From NCBI GenBank assembly GCA_045837725.1, contig JBEWZL010000066.1:124001-188000 (forward strand): a stretch of 64,000 nt of DNA, given 5' to 3'. The DNA is from Vermamoeba vermiformis (Eukaryota). The translations under genes and the position numbers were made by a program. This document shows positions 1-9,797 of this stretch, in pieces. The notes under the pieces are model-generated. The model worked only from the letters and a program-made list of their open reading frames with translations. It searched no databases and was not told the origin of the DNA. The stretch's first letter is position 1; each line of letters begins with the position of its first letter.

Positions 1-218
1 TCTGACATCAGAAATTTCACCAATTTTCTTTTGTGCGTTGTAACACAATGCTCTGCCTCGTTAATTTAGCTGCTATAATACATGCCATAAACGCAGATCG
101 ATCCTGCCCAAATGATTCGTATCCCTTGAAGCCGATTTTTAATTTTATTTTTCGTTTTGGCAACGTTGCCAAAATTAATGACCAAGCCACCATTTTAATC
201 TTCATTTGGCAATCCGAA

Positions 219-2409
219 ATGGAGCACAACAACAGTGAATTAAATAATTTTAATTACTTCGAGGCCATACCGGGCGAAGTCCAAGCCAAAATTTTCAATT
301 ATTTAACGTTGAAAGATCTCGTTGGAAGGTTAGCGAGGTAAGCTACAAAAATATTATTCAGGTATTATTTTTAATTATTCTAATTATTATGGTCGTAGAT
401 CTTCAAAACACGTGGCGAATATTATTCAAAATTCATTATCAATCCACGGCGGCCCACATAACTCACTAAACATCTTGGTTACTGGCCACCATGGCGCAGG
501 TAATAAAAGGCAAAATAATTATAGTAATATAAACATAAATGATTCGTTAATAAGATAAACAACAGATTCGTACGTTACAAAATTTTTTTTTAAATTAACA
601 CTTCATGTTAGGTAGTTCAACGCTATATACTAGACTTCAAGAAGAGCTTGGTATCAATTCGATGGTGAGAAATTTATCGGAATCGAACGAGATCGGATCT
701 ACCTACAAACCCGTTGACGATCGCCGGTGCCAGATCTCCGCAATTAAACTCGAAAATACTCGTGCGAATATATGGCATGGTTCAACTAAGGAAAATAGAG
801 TCAAAAGAATGTACCCTCATTGCGGTGCTGTAAGTAGATTCAGAATCTGGATGTGACCACACGTTTAGACTCTAACAGTTTTCTTATTTTGATCGATAAT
901 ATAGGCTCAATGTATCATTTATGTTGTATCATGCTCTGAAATAGCGACAAGAGGTGATAGTTTGCGTAACGATATTCGGTGCTATCACGCTCTGACCAGC
1001 GATGTTCAATGGATATTTGTCATCAACAAGATGGACCAAGTTCAATATAACGAGCAAGGTATGGCATTAGATGCCGGCTATTGATTATATTATAGTCTTA
1101 TACTTCGATCAGAGTACAACAAGTGTGTCGAAATTATCAAAAAGATAGCGGTGAAAGTGATCGGTGAACAACGCTTGGACAGACTTCATTTCATTCCGAT
1201 GTGCACAAATGATATGAAAATACGCGTAACAAGTGATAATAGCAATCAGAATATGACATGGAATTCGATGAACTTGTGGCGCGTGTTGAATCAAATCGCA
1301 TCCGAGAGTTGTTCTTCGCCTCTCAAAATGTTCAGAAAATTCAAAGCTACTATAATTAGAACGTACGGATGGGTACCAAATGTATCAGGAAAAGACGAGG
1401 GCTTTGTTATCGTTTATGTACTGGGTATGGAATTTCGTAGAAATATTTTTTGGATCCGGCGCTAATTGATTCGATAACGTAGAGGGCTGTATCTCCGTCG
1501 GGGATCATATTCAAATTATTCCAGACCTATTTGGTCCTTATATAGATCAGAGGTACAAATATGCCTCCGTTGAAGTAGTGGGGATCCAGTCGTACAATAC
1601 GAAAAAAACTATCGCCTTGCCCAAGTAAGACCCCTTTCCTCGTAATACATTTTACTAATGATATTATAAGCTCGTATGTCGGTCTTGCGATTAAAAAGCC
1701 GACAGCTCTAGTATACCATACGAAGATCAGGCCAACGCCAAAACCAGTACGCATCCAAACAAAATCGATTTACAGCTTAATTAATACTAATATTTTAATT
1801 TATTAGAAATATTCAATTGTTCATTACCCTGGTATTACACTCTCCAATGAGAAAAAACATGATATTATTTCCACAACCAATGGCGGTGGGATCCGCTTTA
1901 CGAAGCAGTTATCGTGCACGTTGGACATCAAACTGGACGCTATAAATGGCACGGCATGATCCACGAAGTAATATTCATAATCTTACATCAATTAACTTGC
2001 TTATAACCTTCCCTCTTTTTAGGGCTTTGACGCTGCGATCCACAGCATAGGAATTCGAGGAGGCATTAAAATACTTACAATTAGAAAGATCTACGATAAA
2101 AATGGTAATCCTCTAGACTTGGAAGTAGTCAAGAAGGAAAGAAATATGCTCGCGTTGAAAAGAGGCAAGTTTTTTATTTTTCATGAAAATTTAAGCCGAT
2201 CCAAAATTAACAAAATTAAATCAGGCGAAAAGGCGGATGTAACATTATACTCTATGGTTCCTTTGAACGTTACCATACGCGATAGCCCTCATTCTATTAA
2301 TGATGTTAACGGTCGCTTCGTCATCCAAACTCAAAACAACCACGTTGTTGCCGTAGGAGCAATTGTCAAAATACAAAACCCTTTGTTCGCTGATCAATCA
2401 AATAACTAA
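219..2409 (+). CDS. F-box protein fused to a divergent eEF1A/eRF3/HBS1-like translational GTPase fold (probable pseudo-GTPase); multi-exon, possible frameshift near 1850-1905
   Basis: Exon 1 encodes an F-box (FEAIPGEVQAKIFNYLTLKDL). Spliced exons then give NSLNILVTGHHGAGSST (cf. eEF1A INIVVIGHVDSGKST), VINKMD (G4), GFVIVYVLEGCISVGDHIQIIP and ALPNSYVGLAIK (domain II-like), and KSGEKADVTL...NGRFVIQTQNNHVVAVGAIV (domain III, cf. KSGDAAIV...LGRFAVRDMRQTVAVGVI). Confidence 0.8.
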
Positions 2410-2858
2410 AAGGTAAACGCCATAGTTTACTTTAAGGATTTGTTATCAACTCGGTACGTTGTCGGAAAAACAGCGCTGGCGAATTGTGAAATGCCGAGAA
2501 ATTTCGAGAGGTAAAAATATTTTTTTCTTTTGCGTTTTCGCGCTCTCTTTTTATATTTTTTTTTCTGTTTTTTTCGTGGCCCTCCGTTTAACTCTCTTAA
2601 AAAAATTACCCCTACAAGCCAAGCATCATTGCTAATGCCTTTTATTTGCTTTGGCATATAGTTTTGATTTCTTATTCGCTAAAAGTCAGGTAACTCACAA
2701 AAAGACGAATTGGTGAGTCAGCCACGTGATCGCCGGCCAATCATTTGCGGACCTGTCAATCTGACAACGCTGTCACGTGGCGAATAGAGATAAATAGCGG
2801 TTGAGTTTCCGGTTGATTTATTGTAACCCACAAACCAAACAAAAGAGTCACATCCACA

Positions 2859-3642
2859 ATGCGCGCTCTCGTTTTCGTTATTCTTGCTGCTATTGCAGTG
2901 TCCGCCTACGCTGGCAAATGCGCCTACTTGGGCCAACAAGACTCCAAGGCTGTGGAGTAAGTCAAATTCCGTTTTTTCTTTCAACCGCATGCATCCAAGT
3001 CTTTTCTTGTTTTGTAACATTTTTTTCTTTAGCTCTCACACCACCTTGTGCCCACAATACGCCAGTGACAGCTGCTGCCCTGCCCAGTTCGTTGATTCTT
3101 CTTGCACTTCGTACGACGGCTGCAGACATTATCCTGGTAAGTGCTTAATCGACGTTTTTGTTTGACAGCGTTGCACCAATTCGCCTGGCGAATTGAAGCC
3201 AAAAAAAAACAAACCCCAAAATATCTTCGACTTTACACCTTTTACTGAAATACTATTTATAGACACTTGCGATTTCTTGCAAGGATTGGTTACCTGCGGT
3301 CAACGTTGCAAGCCCGATTTCTATACTAATTATGTGGATTCTACTACTGGCAAAACCCGCTTGTGCGAGCCCTTCTATAAGTCTTTGGAAGAAGCTTGCT
3401 TGCAAGTCAAAGTCTGCGACAGATACGGTAACCGCTCGATCGACTGCCGTCAAAGCTCAAACAGCGGCAGCTGCGAGCTCTACTACACTGACGCCGATAA
3501 TTTCTGGCAAAGCTTTGGTGGTGGTGCTTTTGTCTCTTCCACTGAAACCGACAAGTGTTTCTCCGCCGGATTCGCGGTTTTGCCTTCGTTCATTTTGGTC
3601 GCTGTTGCCTTGATCGCTGCTCTCGTCATACTAAGACTATGA
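2859..3642 (+). CDS. Secreted, probably GPI- or C-terminally anchored cysteine-rich protein, folate-receptor/NPC1-N-like fold
   Basis: Signal peptide MRALVFVILAAIAVSAYAG; LCPQYASDSCC, TCGQRCKP, RLCEPFYKSLEEAC Cys pattern; C-terminal hydrophobic tail; two GT-AG introns (~2958-3032, ~3137-3262). Confidence 0.65.
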
Positions 3643-3873
3643 ACTTCTAATAGGATAAATAAACAATTGATTAGTCCTAAATCTATGTTCTGTTTCTCGA
3701 TTTAAGAGTTTGCCGTATCTTTTTTCAATTCGCTTTTTCGCTTTCTGACCACAAAAAAAGTCTTTATGGTTTCAATTCGCCAATAACATATCAATGACTG
3801 TATGTATAAAGCGATAAATAGCGTTGCGTATTTACTTTGCTTTATACAAGACAACTCTTGCCCTTGATCCTTC

Positions 3874-5505
3874 CTAATCTTCATCTTGCACAACGAACGC
3901 AGATCCCGAACATCGAAGTCGCATGAGGATCTGCTCAGCAATATGTTTGAAGCTTGAAATACTCGTGCAGGTGATATGTTTGAATATTCTAAGCCATATC
4001 TCTATCGGAAATACGTTGGTAAAGTCGGATCTTGCGATCTGGATCAATGCTGTAATAGTGTTTATAATAACATCTGCTCGGGACTGCCTGTTTCTGACGA
4101 GTAAATTTTCTAGCTGGAGTCTTGTTTCTTTTGCAACAGACTCGTCCCATGTTACTGGCAAATAAAGTAACGAAGTGTTTTGTTCTAGGGCTTTAATAAA
4201 TGCAGCAGATCCGGCGGCATTAAGACGAGCTTCAATTTCAATACATCTTAAGCATTTGTTTGATGATATTGCGCTGGCTATATATTGAATGCTTTCTTCA
4301 TGTTCACAATTCAAATGTACGTAGTTCAACGTTTTGTTGATTTTGAGGGCTTCGGCGATATATTTGCAGCCTTCTAATCCGATCTTATTCTGATTCAAAT
4401 TTAAGTGTGAGAGCACTTTATTCCTCTTAAGTCCTGCGCTAATAAATTTGCAACCTTCAGCGGTGATGTTGGCTTGTTTCAGATCCAATTCTGTCAACGA
4501 TCGATTGTGCTCTAATAACGCTCCAATAGACGGTGAAATATCCTGTGTTAAATCATTCTCGCTAAATTGTATTCGAGTTACTGATTTATTGCGCTGCAAT
4601 CCGTTCAAAATTATTGAGATCCGCTCAGATCCAAATGCGTTGTAATTAATATTAATGTTGCTGATAGAACTATTAAATGTCAATGCGTCCGCAAATAATG
4701 TGCATTCTTCTATGGAAATTAATGGTTGCAAGGGTCTGTCCCAGTATTTTTTAAGCCGAATAGTCAGACGTGTCACGGATGTCGTTTCTTTCAATGCTTC
4801 AAAAACCGGAATTAAATCGTCGGGTACTACGTTATTAATTCTCTTTGTAATTTCAACATTAGCGATAAGATTTGCTTTGATAAATAGCGCTAATGACTTC
4901 ATTCTTTCCGTAGAAACTCGAAATTTTGGAAAGATGACCTTTGAAATGCACTTCTGCTCTTTAATAGCTTCAATTAATGCCCTCGCTTGTTCTTGAGTAT
5001 ATGATATTTTCGGTACTGATAATTCTTTCAACGAAGTATTATTTCGGAGCCCGTTGGTGAAACTGAAAAAACTATCGTTGTTGCAGATGTCGTCGTGCAA
5101 TTCTTTTAAATTTAGATCCTTCAGGTTACAATTTGGTAATAAATCTCCTATTAATTGAAGAATATTGCTGATTATTTTTGAATCATCGCATTTCATAAAC
5201 TGAAGCGATCGAACAGATGTGTTGATTTTCAATGCTCTAACCGTGTGTTCTAGCAAATCAATATCGCAATGTAAATTCAGCCAATGTAATGTTCTACCAT
5301 TGGCTAAAAGTTGTTCAAACTCTTCTAAATCCGCTTTACACAGCCGGAGTTTCCAGATGTTTCTTCTTCGATCTTGGACTGCCCTCACAGATGGCAAGGA
5401 ATCTTCCTTACAAAGGAAAACCAATACCCTTCCCTTTTGTAGGATGGCGTCCAAAGATTGTTGGGGTGGGGGTATTTTACTTGGAGAAGGATCTTGGGCT
5501 TCCAT
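3874..5505 (-). CDS. Intronless RNI-like (NLRC3-type) leucine-rich repeat protein with C-terminal F-box-like motif
   Basis: 543-aa uninterrupted ORF with ~28-aa repeats such as NRSLTELDLKQANITAEGCKFISAGLKRNKVLSHLNLNQNKIGLEGCKYIAEALKIN; C-terminal VFPIEIWLRIFKHI. Confidence 0.85.
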   Translation of the reverse strand: MEAQDPSPSKIPPPQQSLDAILQKGRVLVFLCKEDSLPSVRAVQDRRRNIWKLRLCKADLEEFEQLLANGRTLHWLNLHCDIDLLEHTVRALKINTSVRSLQFMKCDDSKIISNILQLIGDLLPNCNLKDLNLKELHDDICNNDSFFSFTNGLRNNTSLKELSVPKISYTQEQARALIEAIKEQKCISKVIFPKFRVSTERMKSLALFIKANLIANVEITKRINNVVPDDLIPVFEALKETTSVTRLTIRLKKYWDRPLQPLISIEECTLFADALTFNSSISNININYNAFGSERISIILNGLQRNKSVTRIQFSENDLTQDISPSIGALLEHNRSLTELDLKQANITAEGCKFISAGLKRNKVLSHLNLNQNKIGLEGCKYIAEALKINKTLNYVHLNCEHEESIQYIASAISSNKCLRCIEIEARLNAAGSAAFIKALEQNTSLLYLPVTWDESVAKETRLQLENLLVRNRQSRADVIINTITALIQIARSDFTNVFPIEIWLRIFKHITCTSISSFKHIAEQILMRLRCSGSAFVVQDED

Positions 5506-5725
5506 TTATTTGCTACTAAGGAATAAAATCGCCCTAATTAGTCCTCTATTTTTAATGTCGCGACCTCTAAGAAATTAATTTGACGTACGCAGCTGTGTTC
5601 GATCTGCAGGGCTAGGAAAGAAAATGGAACAAAAATTTGCGAGCGGGAAAAAAAGCCAGATCAACCAAAATTAGCAAGACTTGTCCAAAATATACACATC
5701 GCAACAATAGGCGTTAAAGGGATAG

Positions 5726-6140
5726 ATGGGACGAGGAGGAAAGAGCCAAGCAGCAGCTGGCGTTCGAATTGAATTAGGAGGAGCTTGCCGTAGCATTATA
5801 TTACTCGCGATTGGATTTGTTGTTCTATTAACAGGCATTATACTCATCGGAGTGGCTTATGGGCAGGTGCCTCCTAACGCAGGTAAAGACCATTTTAAAA
5901 AATAAAAAAATTCTTAAATTAAGTTTGCTTTACTTTACGATGTATAAATTTCATCTTAACGATCGTATTTTGACAATTTATTATTTATTAAAATCAAAAA
6001 ATAATGAAATTTTAACCGCCAGAGCTTTAATAGGCTCGCTGGTAATCGCAGGAGCAGTCCTATTATCAGTAGGAAGTGTTATAATTATTATTGGTGGTAT
6101 TTTATTAAGGATGCAATTCCAAGATGGACGACGGAGGTAA
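5726..6140 (+). CDS. Small two-transmembrane protein of unknown function
   Basis: MGRGGKSQ...IILLAIGFVVLLTGIILIGVAYG, GT donor at ~5883, AT-rich intron, second hydrophobic exon GSLVIAGAVLLSVGSVIIIIGGILLRMQFQDGRRR. Confidence 0.6.
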
Positions 6141-6423
6141 CCGATCTGTCCGGGTAGTGTAGTTTAGAACATTAACTCGCTGAACATTTGTAACCAATTT
6201 GTAAATATTGTAAGTAAAGTTTCTTGGAATATCTCTAAACGATAAGGGTACCTTTGTGGAGCGGCAAACAGAGATTTACTAGTAAGATTAAAAACGCATC
6301 AGATCACGGTGAAATTTCAAGAACGACGCATTATGATTTGGTAGAGCGATTTAGTAGAGCTTACGTAAGCTAAAAATAAACATCATTTATAGTCTTGAGA
6401 CTAACAGTACCCATCATTAAGAC

Positions 6424-7774
6424 TTATTTCTTAAGGACGTTGATTGGGATTTTGAAGTATGACACGCCGTTCGTGTCAGGATCTGGAAGACGACCAGCGT
6501 TCACATTAGCCTAATAATATTATATAAGTATACTAACCGGCATCTATAATCATAACTTACTTGAATTGAAGGTAAAATCAAGTTTGGCGCGGATAATTTC
6601 TCATCACGAGTGGTTCTCAGGCTAACAAACGTTTCTTCGCTAGTGCCGAGCTTGACGTGAATATTTTCAGCTTTTTCTTTGCCAACTAATATATTCGCAT
6701 TAGTTATAGTGACTATAAATACATCGACGCGCAACTAAATTGGATTCATGAATTGGATCACGTACCGGTTGTTTCGCATTGAGCTTCGCGGCCAGAAGGA
6801 GGATAATCATGGCCTAATATTCATGTAAATACTATGTGATATGTAACAAAATAAATAAGACGTACCAACGAACAGTCTGGTATCGTCGGGCAAGCTGAAG
6901 ATCTTTTGAGTAATGGATTTGTACAAAGTCACGGCAGATCCACCAGGGAAATCGCAACGAGCGGTACCAAAATCAGGCTACATAATAAGCATATATCAGA
7001 CACGTTGAAAAAGGCTTCATTAATTGAATTTCAAGGGTTCATGAAAAGATCCTTACCATGAAAATCGTATCGCCAGTGAATACGCAATCGCCAATGACGT
7101 AACATAAGCAACTAGGTGTCTTTAATCATATATTAATAACCATTAGAATATTAGAGGCCCCGTAATAATATATTAATATCTATTTATATATTAGAGGCGG
7201 AAAGTACTTACGTGGCCAGGAGTATGCAAGATCCTGCCTTTAATAGTTCCCACTGAAAATTCATCGCCGTCTTTGAACAAATGATCAAATTGCGAGCCAT
7301 CAGTGCGCAAATTAGCCATATTAAAGATGGTCTTGAAGTTTGATTGGACGACAGTAATATCAGATCCAATTGCAATTTTACCACCCATCTTCTCGCGAAT
7401 ATAAGGCGCGGCTATAGTAATATATTATTATATGGTGATTTTTGTATTTTAAAATAGCCAGAGATTAGCAATTTCAGCTTGTTTAATGAAAGGTCACAAT
7501 TGATTTCAAAAATCAATTTTAAAAATTCAAAATAATTACCTGAGATGTGGTCTGCATGCGCGTGCGTCTCCAATATCCATTCTACACTAAGACCTCGTTC
7601 TTGGACGTACTTGATGATCGAATCCGCAAACTCCGTCGAAGTTGTGGCGGAATTGGCTTTGTAAATCATAACTGAGTCGATGATCGCGCACTTCTTGCTG
7701 GCCTCATCTTCGACGACAAAGGACCACGTGTTGGTACTCGTTTCAAAGAAAGACTTGACTACAGGCTTGCTCAT
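6424..7774 (-). CDS. Persulfide (sulfur) dioxygenase, metallo-beta-lactamase fold, ETHE1/Blh/PDO family, bacterial type II-like
   Basis: ILETHAHADHIS, HTPGHTP, VFTGDTIFMPDFGTARCDFPGGSA, GHDYPP, C-terminal GRLPDPDTNGVSYFKIPIN; about seven exons; no obvious N-terminal transit peptide. Confidence 0.92.
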
Positions 7775-8042
7775 CTGTTCTGTTGTATCAGAATTTTTCC
7801 TGTTTAAAAAAAATTGAAGGATTGACGCTTATAAGTACTATTGCTATCGGAGTAGGAGTTAATGGCGTCTAGAAGCGTCCAAAGATAATATTATCAAACT
7901 CCGGCGTTCTATAAAAGGAAAGTCACGTGGAGCAATCGTCAGGAGTTTTGTGATTGCGCGGTAATACACAACTCCGACATAAATAGCCGCAACAAATATG
8001 TTTTGTTATTAATTCAATCACTTACAAACGAACACAACAAAA
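7775..8042. promoter_or_regulatory. Putative bidirectional promoter between the persulfide dioxygenase and YeeE/YedE genes
   Basis: 268 bp between divergent ATGs; TATAAAA 7910-7916, TCACGTG 7923-7929, palindrome GATAATATTATC 7884-7895, GGAGTT/AACTCC four times. Confidence 0.55.
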
Positions 8043-9525
8043 ATGCAATGCGAAATTAAGCCTCACGTGCCGCATCAGCACTCCGTTGCCGAAACTATTA
8101 CCAAGTCGCTTATTTCGGCGGCAATAGGCACTGTATTTGGCTTTGCGCTTAATCGAGGGTTGGTGTATCACCCCGTCGTTATTCGCGAGCAATTTATCGG
8201 CCAGAACTTTACTATGATGAAAATGTTTTTGTCGGCCGTAACCAGCAGTTTAATAGTGAATTCAATTATGTCTATCATCCCTCATTTCAAGAACAATTTT
8301 GAAAAATCAAGAGAAAAATACTACAAAGGTAAGCAATTATTTTGAAAATATAATCGCCAATAAAGCTAATTTAAATTCTATTCAGGTCCTTTACCAGCAA
8401 AACAAATTTTGATAGGCGCAGGGCTGCTTGGCGTTGGCATGGCAGTCTCCGGAGCATGCCCCGGAACGGTAAGTGTCTCGGAGGTTTCCGAATGAAAAGA
8501 TTTCTAGATGCGTTCATGAATAGGATCTTACGTGTATTATACGATAGGTGGCCGCACAGATGGGCGCCGGAGTTCCTGAATCAATATTCACCATGATTGG
8601 CTCGTTGCTCGGAGGAACAATTTTCATGTTGTCTGAAAGTGCTTTGGACAGTCCTAAGAAAGCAGATCCAACGTAAGTAATGCATTTAAGCACGATAACA
8701 AACACGTTTGTATCAATTTGAGCGCAATTCCTTCCAAAGCAAAGTCACGAAGGCAAATCCACCAACATTATTGAGTTTGCTACGTTTACTTACTCTTGTT
8801 TGGTTTTAGTGCTACATTAGAAAAGAGATGGAAACTACCTTATGCCGCCGTAGCATTGCCTCTATCGGCCGCTCTTGGAGCATTTGTTTACGTGCTGGAG
8901 AAGATCCGACCATGGACAACCGAAAATCAAGTTGCTTTGACCGCTGTGGGAATGGCAAGTCATTGATATAGCTCTTAGTATATATGATAGCCACAATACT
9001 AACATAATCGCTCTTTTACAGGCTGCTGGTACTCCTTTCAGTTTTTCAAATCTGATCTGGCCTCCTTATGTCGCTGGTGCTCTTATTGGCTTGCTTCAAT
9101 TGTTCAACGTGCAGCTCTTAACGCATAACATCGGTTGCTCGAGCTCATACATGACTGTCTTGGCTCAAGGCGCTTACAACTTGTTGCCGGAGAGCCTCCA
9201 CAAGCACATCCACCTTGCCTTGCAAAAGAGATCTGGTCTTAGTAACTTGATGCAACCGACATTTGTGGCTGGTGCAATTTTGGGCAGCTACTTCGCTGGC
9301 AGCGCCGTCCACATCACTTCCTCGCTCTTTTCAAGCCCGCTCCGATCTTTCCTTGGCGGATCTCTTTTGCTTTTTGGTGCTCGCGTAGCTAACGGTTGCA
9401 CGTCAGGTCATGGTATTTCTGGCTTTTCAAACTTGAGCTGGAGATCTTTCCTAGCCGTTGGAGGAATGTTTGCTGGAGCTTTTGTTGCTGGCCTTAGTCT
9501 GAAGGCCGCAGGATTATTCCATTAA
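8043..9525 (+). CDS. YeeE/YedE family (Sulf_transp) thiosulfate/sulfur transporter, two halves in one chain
   Basis: FGFALNRG, GVGMAVSGACPGT, WPPYVAGALIG, NIGCSSSY and FGARVANGCTSGHGISG signature motifs; multiple hydrophobic segments; about five exons. Confidence 0.9.
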
Positions 9526-9797
9526 TTTTTTTTGCTAATAATGTAAATAAATATACGTGGTAATTAATAATATTAATGCAGCTGGTTTGTTATTCCCGTT
9601 CAAAAAATCGCCATATGTCAAATCCGACTACAACCATTGAAGTACTTTGACCGACATTCTTTCTGTGGTTGGTTACGGTATTAGGTTCAATAATAATTAT
9701 GATAATTGCGTTGAATATCAAAGATTCTGGTGTGTTGTTATTAATACTTTCGCAGCAGAAATTTTATTTTTAAATTCACTTTTTGAAAGGCGCAACC

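Noticed and set aside
219-2409. Calling this the housekeeping eEF1A or eRF3
   Set aside because: G1 Lys, G2 and G3 are lost, divergence is extreme for such conserved proteins, and an F-box is attached.
2427-2657. Lys/Arg-rich 76-aa minus-strand ORF
   Set aside because: It arises from poly-T tracts in an intergenic/promoter region; no other coding support.
6424-9525. Bacterial contamination explaining the PDO-YeeE pair
   Set aside because: Both genes contain multiple GT-AG introns like their neighbours and are divergent rather than co-directional.
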